Origin: Callorhinchus milii
Taxonomy: Eukaryota
Direction: 5' to 3'
NCBI RefSeq assembly: GCF_018977255.1
Contig: NW_024704743.1
Span: 28,522,001-28,586,000 of the forward strand
Length of the DNA stretch: 64,000 nt
Shown here: positions 1-13,554 of the stretch, one piece after another
Layout: each line of letters opens with the position of its first letter
Position numbering within the stretch: position 1 is the stretch's first letter
The notes under the pieces: generated by a model
Seen by the model: the letters and a program-made list of their open reading frames with translations, nothing else
What the model was told of the DNA's origin: nothing
The model's database searches: none
Program-made: the position numbers and the translations under genes

Positions 1-1204
1 AATCTGCGTAGAACAAAAGTAGAAGAAGATTTCTTGGCTGTCGTCCTGCTCTTGCCCTGGTTTCTCTGGTGTGAAAAACCTTACTTCCCTCCTGCCAGTC
101 AGGTCAACTGACTTCTCACTCTTTTTCTCCACTAATTATACCCCTTTCTGAACTCTTGCCAGATACCTTTACCCCCCTTACCACTCGTCCTGCATGTACT
201 CATCCTGATCAATCATTGGCCTGGCGCCAGCCCACCGGTATTGATAAAGTGAGTCTCCATTTTCTTGTCTATTCCTTATCTTCCTAGACCTAACACTTGA
301 TGTTTTGCAGACCTTTCCTCCAAGTCTAGCTGGTACCCAAGGTTACAATAACACTTAGCAAAGTGCATCTAGAGAGAGGGGAGATAACGGGTGCCATGGT
401 TCTAGCCTGTGCCACATACCATAATGTCATGTCATAATGTCAAAGAAAACCAGTAAATTTAGATTGTCAAAACCCCCCATTCATGAACCCATATTAGCTA
501 TCATTTCAAGCTTAATTTCTGCCTTAGTTCTCTATGATTTTTGTTTTAATAATTTTACCCACAATGGACGTCAAATTTACTAGAGGTCAAATTTACTTTC
601 TAACAAAACTTTAGCTTGCTGTTAACCCATCGTCCCACTCAAGTACTCAGCAGGGGGTAGTGTTGCTCTACAAATCAGGGGGTGTCTACACCTTGGGAAT
701 CTGTTGTGTTGACTTTCTGTTAAACTCTATCCTATGCTCTGAATGTATTTGTAGCATTATAGTCTTAAACAGAACTTTGTCTAGGTCTATGGTGACAGAG
801 GGTTGGAACGCTTTTTTGAATGTGCCTCTGTATAGAGAGTGGGTATGGACCATGGTACAGATATATGACTCCTATACTGTATTTGTGCTGTCCATGTGGA
901 ACAAGAAGTAAGAATGATTTGTGATCCTTGATTATATTCAAGAATTATATTGCTGATTCTTAAATGTGGTATAAATTGTCAAAAGATATCACAATGGATG
1001 CCTTACATTGAGATTGTGTCAGGCTGCTCAGTTGATACCATTCACACCTCTGGATCTTAAAGATGTGAGTTGAGTTCCCATGTAGGGTGGTGGAAGTCAT
1101 GGAGTCTGACATTCAGTGTAGTGCTGCGGGTGCCATCCTTTGTATGAGATGTTCAATTGGTCTTTGATTTTATCCTTAAGTCTCCATAATTATACCCACA
1201 ATTG

Positions 1205-1512
1205 TGGAGTCCTGTAGCTCGGTGGTTAGAGCACTCGCTTTGCTAGCGAGAGGCCTGGGTTTGATTCCTGGCAGGGTGAAACCTTGAGCAAGTTTCTTTA
1301 CTCCACACGCCTGATAATAATCCCTCCAAAAAAAAATAATAAATTGGTCATTTCAATCCACGACTGTTTGTGTGACATTGCTGTACGTAATTGGCAGCCA
1401 CATTTTGACCACAAATATACAGACCATTCACTTTACAGTTTATTCTGTCAAGAGCATTGAAACATCTAGACGATGTAAAAAGCCCTATATTAAATGCAAG
1501 GATTATTATTAA
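1205..1512 (+). mobile_element. tRNA-Ala SINE
   Basis: Same family as 5493-5812. Confidence 0.88.
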
Positions 1513-1519
1513 TATTAAT

Positions 1520-2290
1520 GGATGTCAAATTTACTGGTCTTGTATCCTGGGTCACTTTTGCTACCTTTCTTACAAATAGCAGTAACATCTCCCTTTCTCC
1601 AGTCCGTGGCACGCTCCAGGGTTCAGTAATTTGTGCCAGTGTTTCTGCAAATTACTCCCTTAGTTCCTTAAAGATCCTTGGATGCAATTTATCTGGCCTC
1701 TGATATTTATTAACTATAAGTTTGTGTAGCTGTTTGGCAACCATGCTGTTAGTGATGTGAATCATATTGCAACTTTCCTCTGTGACATCCTTGAGTTCCC
1801 TTTCCGGATCAGATTGGTTACCTGTCTGCTCCTTAGTAAAAACTGAAACAAAGAACTTATTTAGCACTATTGCAGCCTGTGCAGCAATAATTGTCATGTC
1901 CTCTCATGATCCCACCTTGAGTGACCATATTCCATCTCTTGCTTTCTTTTTCTCTTGAAGTATCTGAAAAACTTTTTGTCATTATCCTTCACATCTCTTA
2001 CCATGTTCAAATCAAAGTTTTCTATGCCATTCTGATTCCCCTTTTTCTTACAATCCTGGCATATCTTCTGGTATTGAATCTGACATAATTCTGTGCCGTG
2101 TTCCTTCATTGGCCTTAAATGCTTTTTTCCTCTTGATGAGTTGCTTTGTAGCCCCGTCCAACCATCCTTTAAGCGTGATACTTTTGCTTCCCATGGTTAC
2201 ACATTGTTCCATTACCTTCATAATCACCTCCTTGAAGGAACTCCATAGTTCCTCCACTCGTTTTGCCACATTTAAGACTGCCAGGCACAC
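1520..2290 (-). mobile_element. Degenerate CR1 ORF2 fragment
   Basis: LNKFFVSVFTKE, PDKLHPRIFKEL, KKFFRY. Confidence 0.75.
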
Positions 2291-2914
2291 TCTGACAAGA
2301 CTTCTCAAGCGCACAAAGTTGGTCCTCTTGAGATTTGGCAGTATTGTTTGGATTTTTATCACCTTACTTTGTCGAGCCAAGCTGTCCAGCGGCATGCTTC
2401 CGCCTCTTGCCCGGGCTGCTGATTTAGATTTTTTTGTGAAGTGGTGTGACTGTGTATTGGTAGACGAATTCTGCATTTCAATTATGCACACCAATAGCCC
2501 ACAAGCAGCCACAAAACGTCCAATTTTATTTGGTCAGAACACCAGGAGAAACTCCATTCCCTTTTCAAAGTTGTGCCAAACAGGCAGATTGGATCTCAAT
2601 TGAATGTCTCATCCAAGAATTCCACGCACTTGCACACTGCCCTGGAGTATGATTTTAGACTGCCTTCTGACTCAGAGATGAGAGTGCTACCAACTGGAGG
2701 TTATGGAAAAATAAGCCACTCTTGTTTGCCATCCAAGCCCCATTCTCTCCTGTTTAAGTACCCATGGCACTACATGCATTGAAGGATGCTATACAAATAC
2801 AAGTTGTTGTTGAATAGCCTTATTGAATTTTTAGTTTGCAACTTATCTTGATGTTGCCAGTCATTAAGATATTTCAGTCTCTCTAATCTGAGCCAAATGT
2901 TTTTAGCAACGTTA

Positions 2915-3665
2915 GCCTTTTCAAAATCCTGTCGCAGATTTAGTGGGGAGCAAGACCACGGAGGGCTTTGAAGGTGAGGAGCAGGATCTTGAATGGTATC
3001 CACTATGTGATGGGAAGCAAGTGGAGTCGGGCGAGGATAGGGGTGATAGGGACAAGGAGCCTGTTTCGGGAGAGGACACAGCGTGCAGAGTTCTGGATGA
3101 TCTGCAGCCTATGGAAAGAGGAGTTGGGGAGGCCGACAAGCATAGTCAAGCCTCAATGTAATGAAAGCACGTGTGAGGAATTTGGTGGCCTGCGGTGTGA
3201 GACAGTGGCAGAGCTGGGTGACGTTGCATAGGTGGGAGAAGGCAGAGCGGGTCATGGCACAGATGTGAGTAGAAAGGATAGTTGAGGGTCAAACAAGACG
3301 CCAATGGTCCGGACTGGTTTAGTAAGGTGGAATGTTCAACCATGGATGGTGATGCGGTCGGCGCTGACAGGAGCCAATCAGGAGGGCCTCGGTCTTGTTG
3401 ACGTTCAACTAAAGAAAATTGGCTCTCATCCAGGGCTTGATGTTTGGCAGACATTCTATCAGGACAGCAGTGGTCCTGGAGTCAAGGGTGGAGGCAGAAA
3501 GGTACTGTTAGTTGTTATCCGCATACATGTGGAAGTTGACCCCATGTCCACGGATGATGTCACCAAGAGGGAGCATACAGATTTGAAGATGAGGGCACCA
3601 AGGACAGAGCCCTGAGGAATGCCACATGAGATGGTGCGCAGGCGAGTGGAGATGAGGTGAAGGCA
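2915..3665 (-). mobile_element. L2 LINE fragment
   Basis: GIPQGSVLG motif and similarity to other L2 copies. Confidence 0.85.
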
Positions 3666-4084
3666 GTGTGCCCAAGGTTTTGCCCTGCCTGGAATTGCAC
3701 CCAGTTGTCTCGCTTGCAAGGCGAGTGCTCTAACCACTGAGCTACAGGTCTCTAATAAGGTTATCTATTATTATATAATAATGTTATCTATTATTATCAT
3801 TAATCCCAATGCATACATGTAAATAAGATTGTATCCAGTGTACCAGCAAATAGGAAAGCTGCAAACATGTACTATTGGAGTAGGCACAAGTGAACAGGGT
3901 CTTTTCTAACATACTGTTGCTTTCTTAACTATAACAAATTCATCCTGTATCATTGAAGACCCAGATAATCACTTTTAATGAATAACACCAACAATTTCCA
4001 GTGGGAGTTGGCTCTCCAAAATAGCACAGAGATGTCTTAGCAATTTGCTTAGCAGCAAAGGATACTGGCAGCTGAACCCAGATG

Positions 4085-5015
4085 TGTTCTCCTTTATTCA
4101 TCAGTTCAAGACCTACCCAGTGGCTCTGACCTCTTCAACCTCCCCAGCCTATCCCTCAGACATACCGACTCACTTTACTCCTCAAATGCTTTCTCCTCCC
4201 ACCCCTCACCTGCGGGGTACCCCAGGGCTCCATCCTTGGCCCTATTCTTTTCCTCATCTATATGCTCCTTTTGGGTGATGTCATCTGCAGACACGAGGTA
4301 AACTTTCAACAACAAGAACAGTCGGCGTCTCAAAGTGCCTCACAGTAATGGATCCCGGGTCCGAGCCAGGGGGAGGGGGAAGAAGGTGACCAAAGGCAAA
4401 GTCGAAAAGAAAGGTCCTCAGTCGAAACCTGAAAGTAGGAAGAGGGGGGCGAGGCAAAGGGAGTGAGGAAGGGAGTTCCAGAGCCAAATGTATGCAGATG
4501 ACACACAAATCTATTTCTCCTCCAGCTGCAATTCCAGGTATGCCGATATTCTCTCAGCTTGTCTGGTGGACATCATGGCCTGGATGAGCGAAAACTTCCT
4601 ACAACTCAATGTTGACACACAATACCTATTGCTCCTATCAACGTCTTCTATCTTGCAGCTCTGACCTCCTCAACCTCCCCAGCCTATCCCTCAGACTTAC
4701 CGAACCAGTGCGCAACCTAGACGCAACCTTTCTTCCCCATGTCTGGTCCTTGACTAGGACCGCCTTCCTCCATCTCCGCCACATTGCCTGCCTCCGACTG
4801 TACTTTATACCAGATGCAGCCAAAACACTTGTCCATGCGTTTGTCACCTCCCGACTCGAGTTCTCGATTGCCCTCTGATTTGTCAAATCAAAACTAGATT
4901 ACGCCAATGCTCTGCTCATCAGACTTCCCAGCTCTTCCCCGGACAAGCGGCAGACGATCCAGAACTGCAGCCTGTGTCCTTTCCTGCATTAGGTTCCATG
5001 AGCCTATCACCTCTT
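4085..5015. mobile_element. Cluster of L2 fragments (+ with a nested - 3' end at ~4310-4480)
   Basis: [15 protein letters not shown]2 3' UTR. Confidence 0.75.
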
Positions 5016-5492
5016 TGACTGTGACTTTGGTCGTTTTTCCCCTCCTCAGCTCCCACCCCAGCTCGGGTGCCAAGATAGGACTGTCAAGGTTTGGGAATGT
5101 CATCTGAATGTGAAATGTGCTATATATGTGTAAAGGTGTATTGTATCTAACCATTGCAGAAACACCATATTAAGAGACACTAATATCTCAGGAAAGTGAG
5201 ATTCCTTAGTTCTTGGTCTCACTGAGATCCCTTATTTGTGGACAGATATCACATTGCACTCTGGATCTTTGGTAGTGTGTGTCTTAAACAGAATTTTACT
5301 GATCGTTAGAAAGGCAACTCCAAGGCGAGCATTACAACACCCACACCGTTCTCTCTTCCCTCTCTAAGAGCAACAATTAGGAACTCGACATTAATACTCT
5401 CTACCAGAGGCCTTCGCATTGGTAAGGTGATGTAGTGTCAGATCTGCTTCCTCCCAATTGGACTTTCATTAAAACTCCATCAGTTCACACCT

Positions 5493-5812
5493 GAGTCCTG
5501 TAGCTCAGTGGTTAGAGCACTCGCTTTGCAAGCGAGAGACCTGAGTTCAATTCCAGGCAGGTCAGGGCGAAACCTTGGGCAAGTTTCCTTACTCCACACA
5601 GAGCCTAATAATAATCTCTCCAAAAAAACAATAATAAATTGGTCATTTTCAATCCACGACTGTTTGTGGGACATTGCTGTGCGCAATTGGCTGCCGCGTT
5701 CGCCCACAAATATACAGTCAATTCACTTTACAGTGTCTTCTGTGAAGCGCTTTGAGACGTCCTCCCGACGTGAAAAGCGCTATATCAAATGCAACGATTA
5801 TTATTATTATTA
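5493..5812 (+). mobile_element. tRNA-Ala(TGC)-derived SINE, full length, (TTA)n tail
   Basis: A/B boxes, tRNA-like head, L2-like 3' end; more than 15 copies in the window. Confidence 0.9.
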
Positions 5813-6091
5813 CCAGGTCTTCCACCTTCGATGAAAATCCATCTCAGCTGCAGGCAGACTCCAATTCCACATAATGCAAATAATTAATATCTTGGGAGAG
5901 GATAACACTAGCAACAAAATACAATACAACTTTTTTGATTCAACAGTGTTAACAAATGGGAAGTATTAATACAAAGGGGTAAGACTGTCTTCGACAGTTG
6001 ATAAGTCTCAAAGCCGATTATGGTCACAAAGAATTGTCATCAACAATAAGATTCAGAATCAACACTTCACTGTTACAGAAGAAGTCAATGG

Positions 6092-6300
6092 TTGGGTTTA
6101 AACCTCCTGAGTGAGGAACGGTATAACACTTCAGATAAGAATACTCGGGTCAGCATTGAGGACGTCTTTGGAGTTTTGAAACAGCACTTTTGCTGTTTCA
6201 GGGGTGCTGCGTTAGAGTACCACCCCACTAATATGCTGCATCATGTCAGTCTGCTGCATGTTGCCCATTGTGATCAAGGAGACCTGTTCCATTGCCCTCA
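6092..6300 (+). mobile_element. PIF/Harbinger transposase C-terminal remnant
   Basis: EERYN..TRVSIEDVFGVLKQHFCC...LEYHP resembles the Harbinger/HARBI1 DDE C-terminal motif. Confidence 0.65.
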
Positions 6301-9300
6301 AGTGTGGCGGGAGGTGAGGGAAGATGCAGCCGATGATAATCACAGGTACAGCTGCCCGGCAGGAACTCAGCAATAATGACTTTGCAAGTTGATGGCAAGG
6401 CCCACTACAATATTTTGTGTTAAAAGAACAATATTGGGCTATGCCATGACACTTGACATTTTTTGTTTACATAAAAAAAAGATACTTTCGTATGTTGTTG
6501 ACTCCATGACCTTATGCTCACACATCTCCTTGTCCCCCGAGTCCTCTGCTCCACCCTTGGCGGCCGTGCCTTCAGCCACTATGCCCCGAGGCTCTTGAAC
6601 TCCCTTCCTCACTCCCTTTGCCTCGCTCCCTCTTTTCCTATTTTCAGGTCTCTGCTGAAGACCTTTCTTTTCGACCGTGCCTTTGGTCACCTTCCTCCCC
6701 TTCCTCCTGGCTCAGCCACGGGATCCATTACTGTGAAGCGCTCTGAGATGCAGTCCAGCGCGGAGGGCGCTATATAAATCCAAGTTGTTGTTGTTCCATC
6801 TCTCGTCCCTGTCTTTCCCCGACTCCTGGGTGAGCAGTGAAGGGGAAGATGTGCCATTCCTTCAGATAAGACGTCAAACTGAGGTCCTGTCTGCCTTTTC
6901 AGTTGAACATTAAAGATCCCACGGTATTTTTGAAGCTACATCTGAAGATGCACAACTCCCTTGTTTGGTACAATTTGACTTGTCTCAGTGAAACGACAAT
7001 GCCCCCTATCTGCCACTTTGCATTTATTGTTTTTGCCATGTTTTTCTATTGGTGTTTTAATATATCCAGACAGTATTCTGAGGCCATTAATGACTTTGAT
7101 CTGGTTATTACTGGCTGTGTTGGAGGCAGCTCTGTCTATCTCGTTGGTTGATCTTTTGACATTCAATTCTGATCGTTCCTGAGATCATTATGCGCATCTC
7201 AAAAATGATCTGCGGTAACTTCCCTTCGTAAAGTGTTTCACTCTTAACTTAAAGAAAACTTTTATAACTCTTTCTTAATAAATCTACTAGAATTTCACCC
7301 TACTTTGCTTCCCTTGGAAGTCACAATTATCACTGCAAAGGTGACAGTAATAAACAGAACGTAATACAATGGTCATCAAAAGAAGCAACCATAGCACAAA
7401 GCAATTTTGCATTTACCAGCCAGTAAAGTATCTTGACAATGCCTGGGATGCCAGAAGAGCAAGGTATGTAAACTGAAACTTAGAAACAACACCCTGTGCA
7501 TATATGTTTTTAAGTTGTGCTGCCAGCTATGGAATCTGCCCTACAGCACCAAGCATTACCGATTTCTGATCTTACCATCTGCCTGTTTTGCTTTGTTTTG
7601 GCATGGTCTAGCATGGAGGTGAGTGGACTTGATGGGCAAAATGGTCTCTTGTTGTTGCATGGTTTCTTAGATTTTAAAAATGGAGTTAGCTCTCCTGGGC
7701 CAGGGAGATTTCCTACTCCCACCACTGCACATCTCTGAAAGGAGCCAATTCCTGTGTCTGCACTCTTGACCGGAGAATGTTCTAAAGGGAGAGGATAGAG
7801 GAAGTCAAGGCACTTCCTCGATCCTCTCAAAGGGGAACAACATATCATATACCATTTTAAACATGTTGAATTCAGGGATCAGTTTGACATTCAGATATTC
7901 GATCAATCAAAATATAACCAAAGAGTATGTAAATATTTAGCTTCCTGACATTTCAAATGAACTGTGAGGAGTTAGAGCAATTTGGATGAAGAAGGAACTT
8001 AAAGCCTTTTGATCTCATTATTCCAGAGTACCCACATCACTGTTCTCCCATTACAGCAGCAAGATTTTTTTTTAAAATGTGTTGGTTCTGTTTGGCTCTC
8101 AGTTCTACCCAAGCACAACAAGATTGCAGAGTTGCTGGTGGTGCAGTTACAAATAGCTTGAAAAAAATCCAGTTGTGTCAGAAGCTATTCTGTAAAGGCC
8201 TCCCACCTCACTAAAGTCAGATGTCTATCAAATAGCTGACAAGGAAACTCTGAGGCTTGCGATGACAGTTTGTGAATAAATCCAGGGCTTGGAATCCACC
8301 TTTATTGATATTCAGAGCAGATGTTGTTGCACTTCTAACTGGTGGGACCATTCTTTAATAAGTAGGAATGTGAGCCCGAGCTGTGGGCAGGAGGTTAGTA
8401 GCAATGCTTTCATGCATTTCCTGCTGAGTTATGCAAGAAGCTCACAGGTAGTTCCTAGTTCCTTGGGATGTCCTCCTGATGTGAAAGGCGCTATATAAAT
8501 GTAATTTTGTTGTTGTTGCCAGACTGCGCCACAGTAGTCCAAGGCTCTGCTGTTGACAGACCAACCAGCCTGGCTCATTGTCAGGACTTGGGAGTGTTAA
8601 CCCTGCAAGGTGTTCCTAACTGGAAAAGCTGTGGGAAGCTTGCCAAATAATGCTCTTAACGGCAAGCTAAACCTTTTAAACTCCAACAATACCCCAAAGC
8701 CCACTCTGGGGTTCCCAAGCCTCTTTCCAACCTGTGCTTATTACAATATTTCCTTTGGAATTGACCAAAGGATATACAACAACAAAATTACATTTATAGA
8801 GCACCTTTCACATCGGGAGGACGTCCCAAAGTGCTATATGTTGTAACAGGCAGATATGAAGATGCGATAAGGCGCTATATCAAATGCAAGGATAATTATC
8901 ATTATTATGAGTGGGGCCCTATTTGCACTCAGCTGGTAAAGCCCTTATTCATTGTCAAATCAGGCCATATATACCCCAAAGACACCTAGTTCACGCTGAA
9001 TGTGCTGATCTCAGGAAGGAGAATAGTAAAAGTAATGAAGCGAAATGTGAGATGATTTATTTTGGTAGAAAAATGAGGGAAGTTGAATGGCAGTATCTTG
9101 CAAGGAGCTGAGTAGCAAAGGGATATGGGAGTGAAGGTACATAGCTCTTGAAAGAGACATTGCATGTGACTGATGCCTTCTAATGTGAACGCCGTTTTCA
9201 GCCCGGAATACAAACAATTAAAACCCAAGGTAAATATTTAAACTGGTTCGATTTCTTCTTCGTAAGGTCATTTACTGCAACTTTATAGATTCTCCACAAC

Positions 9301-9750
9301 GTGAGCAACTTGCATTTACACAATGCCCTTCAGGTAGGCTGACATCTCGGGGTGCGGTAAACTGCTAACCTCGGAGTAAACCCATCAGATACAAAGGTCA
9401 GTGTGGAACCAACCAGAAGCAGACTAACATGCGACGCTGATCCAACCTGCTGTGCCGTTTCAACATCTGCAGCACCTCCCCGCTTCTGACGCAAGCTGAA
9501 ACCCATCAGCACACTTAAGAATAATCCAACCCAACTGAGATTTCCACCCGTCCCACCGACACATGGAAATCCCAGAGATAGATTGTTGGAATGGAATGCG
9601 CACTCTCTCCTCCGGACGGACGCGTCCTGCTTCCCCAACTCCGCAAAGTATTCGGTGCAAGCGGGCAAGAGGCCAAGGCTTGGGGTCCCCAGAGAGTGCC
9701 CTTAGTTTTACTGAAAGCATCAACTGGAGAAGTGGAGGAGTGACCCCTTC

Positions 9751-9767
9751 AAAAGCGAAAATGAAAC
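9751..9767 (+). promoter_or_regulatory. ISRE/IRF element AAAAGCGAAAATGAAAC
   Basis: Tandem GAAANNGAAA; retained in the paralogous arm. Confidence 0.6.
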
Positions 9768-9784
9768 GTTAAAGGGATCAAAGG

Positions 9785-9815
<31 letters not shown>

Positions 9816-10228
9816 TCACTCACTCATCTCTCACTCACTCATCTCTCACTCACGTTGCAATCTCAGTGGAAAGATTTTCGATTCGGATTCCAGAAAAGGA
9901 TCACAGATTCAAAGTAATTTGGGGTTTGGACTTTTTGTTGTAGTTGAAGCGGATTTAATGCGATTTTCCTTTGGTTTGGAAGCGTCAGAGACGGCTTCGC
10001 GGTTCGAGGTGAACTGAAAAGAACAGGACGGTATTTTGGGGGCGTTTTACAGCCTTATATATATATATATATGTTAGATTTTTTTTTGAAGCTGCAGAAA
10101 GCGGAGAGAGCCGGGGCTGCCTGCGGGCTGCAGGGACACACAGCAGCGGGTGTGGGGGCGTCTGGTGCAGCCACAGAGCAGCACTGTCTGTAAAGGCACA
10201 GACTGTCTGAGAGACCAGACTCTGAGCC

Positions 10229-11195
10229 ACACACACACAGACACACAGAGACACACACACACACACAGACAGACACACACACACACACACACAGACACAC
10301 AGACAGACACACACACACACACACACAGACAGACAGAGACACACACACACACACACAGACACACAGACAGACACACACACAGAGACACACACACACAGAG
10401 ACACACACACACAGACACACACACAGAGACACACACAGAGACACACACACAGAGACACACACACACACACAGACACACACACAGAGACACACACACACAC
10501 AGACACACACACACACAGACACACACACACACACACACACAGACACACAGACAGACACACACACAGAGACACACACACACAGACAGACACACACACACAC
10601 AGACACACACACACACACAGACACACACACACACACACACACACACAGAGACACACACACACAGAGACACACACACAGAGACACACACACAGAGACACAC
10701 ACACAGACACACACACACACACAGACACACACACAGAGACACACACACACACACAGAGACACACACACACACACACACACAGAGACACACACACACACAG
10801 AGACACACACACACACAGAGACACACACACAGACACAGACACACACAGACACACACACACACACAGACACACACACACACACACACAGACACACACACAC
10901 ACACAGACACACACACAGAGACACACACACACACACACAGACACACACACACACGCACAGAGACACACACACACACACACACACAGAGACACACACACAG
11001 AGACACACACACACACACAGACACACACACAGAGACACACACACACACACAGACACACAGACACACACACAGAGACACACACACACAGACACACACACAC
11101 ACGCACAGAGACACACACACACACACACAGAGACACACACACACACACAGAGACACACACAGAGACACACACACACACACAGAGACACACACAGA
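10229..11195. repeat. Compound (CA)n/CAGA/CAGAGA microsatellite
   Basis: Direct inspection. Confidence 0.97.
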
Positions 11196-11266
11196 GAGTG
11201 ATGAGCAGAAGCTGATAACGGTACAGGAGGAACTCATCATCTTTCGGTTATTCCGACTCCTGTTCC

Positions 11267-11307
11267 GGGGATTCCCATCGTTAAAGGGTTAAAGGTAGGA
11301 AAGTCCC
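11267..11307. promoter_or_regulatory. Paired NF-kB sites GGGGATTCCC and GGAAAGTCCC (=GGGACTTTCC)
   Basis: Two perfect kB decamers whose starts are 31 bp apart, with IRF-like half-sites on both sides. Confidence 0.65.
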
Positions 11308-11517
11308 TGTGAATGTGAAACGCAATGTGCACTCTTCCCCCCAGAGGAGCAATCGCTGTTTATACAATCCCACAAAGTACAGGGCAGGTTTGCAGCTCAG
11401 CAAGAGCTGAGGTTGGAGGAGGGGGACCTCAGAGTGAGTGATGTGGGAGTGATGCTGGAGAGTAACCAACTCAAACCCCACATCTTGGTGTTGCGAACAG
11501 AGGGGCTCAGTCTTTGC

Positions 11518-11970
11518 CGCGTTCGCCCACAAATATACAGTCAATTCACTTTACAGTGTGTTCTGTGAAGCACATTGGGACGTCCTCCCGATGTGAAAAG
11601 CGCTATATCAAATGCAAGGATTATTATTATTATTATTATTATTATTACGTCTTTGAGACGTCCCAAAGCGCATCACAGAATATACTGTAAAGTGAATTGA
11701 CTGTATATTTTGTGGGTGAAACACGGTAGCCAACTGCGCACAGCAGCGTCCCAGAAACAGTTGCGGATTGAAATGACCAATTTTTTTTTGAAGGAATTAT
11801 TTCCTCCCGAAATGCAATCCGCCAATCAACTAACCACCGGGTTCCCACTTACTGCTCGGTAAGCAGGCGTGTGGAGTAAGAAAACTTACCCAACATTTTA
11901 CCCTGCCGGGAATCAAACCCAGGTCTCTCGCTTACGATGTGAGTGCTCTAACTACTGAGCTATAGGACTC
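11518..11970. mobile_element. Two tail-to-tail tRNA-Ala SINEs (+ 3' half 11518-11646; - 11648-11970)
   Basis: Family similarity. Confidence 0.85.
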
Positions 11971-12304
11971 GAAAAACTTACCAATACAATCCATTTCAAA
12001 GTACCTGGAAGATCAAAGACTTTTAAGTAGAATTAAGATAAAAAAATTTCATTCCCAGCAAGGTTACAAAAGTTACGAAGTACAATTATGAACAAAATTT
12101 CATTTAAATACCACAAATGTTCAATAATTTCCATTGCTGGCAAAATACATTATAATGTAACAGTGTACTAGTCAGCTTAATAATATTTCACCAATCTATA
12201 GCATTGAAATAATTCTAAGTATATGCTTCATGCTGGGAACACTTATCAGTAATATATATGCATTATTTTATACGGAGGGACCAATTTACTCATCAATTCA
12301 TAAT

Positions 12305-12715
12305 GCTTCAACTGGTAGCACTCTCACCTCTGAGATAGAAGATTGTGGATTCAAGCCTCATGTCAGAACTTGGAACGTATAATCTAAGATGATACTTCAG
12401 TGCAGTGCTGGCAGGTGTTGAGTTATTGGCACTGCCATCCTTCAGATGAGACATTAAACTGTCTGTCCAGGTGGTTGCTAAAGATTCTATGGCACTATTC
12501 AAAAAAAAGAATGGAGTTTCTCGTGAAATCCTAGCCAACAATCCCCTAAAGTAAAATTGGTCATTCAGTTCATGGCTGTTTGTGAAACATTGCTATGTGC
12601 AAATTGTCTGTGGCCAGTTGCCAACAAATGCCATTGCTGATGGCCCACAAAACACATAATAGTCACTGCACTTTATCGCATATCCCTTGAAGTGCTTTGG
12701 GATGTCGTGAACATT
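12305..12715 (+). mobile_element. Older tRNA SINE with Deu-domain (SacSINE1/AmnSINE1-like)
   Basis: TGCCATCCTTCAGATGAGACATTAAAC...TAAAGATTCTATGGCACT core; related copies at 26620-26980, 42139-42482, 43099-43443, 43490-43840 (-), 57597-57860 (-). Confidence 0.7.
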
Positions 12716-13096
12716 ACCAAATGTAATGTTTACACTGAAGTTTTGGAGAAGATTCAAGAATATTCTGGTGATTGAGGCTTTACTGATCTCTGGCTGTGAT
12801 CTAGTGAGTTATTTTGGCTACTCTTTATTGACCATTATCTGGAAATTCTGCACCTCTGAAATACATTCAACAGAATCAGCTGTCATCGATTTTGGAAGCA
12901 GCTTGGAGACAAAAATGCAAGTATTCTAGTCAGTGTTGTGCAAAGTGATATCCACCAGATGATGGAATGCAATATCTATTTAGCAGGTGAAGAGGAAATG
13001 TATTTCTTGTTTCTGGACAAGAGTTATTGTGGGCCCGAAGGGTTTTTACACTTAACAGGAAGAGTAATTTCTCACCTGACACCTACCAGTGTAGTT

Positions 13097-13394
13097 ATAA
13101 TAATAATAATCCTTGCATTTGATATAGCGCTTTTCACGTCGGGAGGATGTCCCAAAGCGCTTCACAGAACACACTGTAAAGTGAATTGACTGTATATTTG
13201 TGGGCGAACGCGGCAGCCAATTGCGCACAGCAATGTCCCACAAACAGTCGTAGGTTGAAAATGACCAATTTATTATTAATTTTGGTTTTGGAGGGGTTAT
13301 TATTAGACGTGTGGAGTAAGGAAACTTGACCAAGGTTTCGCTCTGCCTGGAATTGAACTCAGGTCTCTCGCTTGCAAAGCGAGTGCTCTAACCA
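13097..13394 (-). mobile_element. tRNA-Ala SINE
   Basis: Family similarity. Confidence 0.88.
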
Positions 13395-13554
13395 TGTAGT
13401 CGTCACGTAGCAGAATCACATATAAACTCAGTGAACACGACATGATATTTTAGCATGCAAACTGTAGTTTGATCTATGAATCATGGTCTGAATTAGTTTT
13501 CCAACCTCAGAGGTCAGAGAAAAAAAGCCCCTTTTTGTGACTCATCATTGCATA

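Larger units (their letters stand above)
9390..11517 (+). repeat. Left arm of long inverted duplication (partner 60142-61970)
   Basis: Reverse-complement match read by eye; near-identical unique sequence at 10085-10228 and 11197-11517, more diverged towards 9390. Confidence 0.93.

Noticed and set aside
1..960. Possible LTR/ERV remnant (TGGCGCC near 222)
   Set aside because: No LTR pair or retroviral ORF recognisable; left unannotated
5493..5570. tRNA-Ala gene (and similar heads elsewhere)
   Set aside because: SINE heads: imperfect acceptor stem, always continuing into SINE body and tail
5508..5834. Recurrent small ORFs with WDIAVRNWLPRSPTNIQ
   Set aside because: Translations of SINE copies
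9985..11292. Long CV- or HT-rich ORFs (also 54374-56233 and 60893-61687)
   Set aside because: Microsatellite translation artefacts
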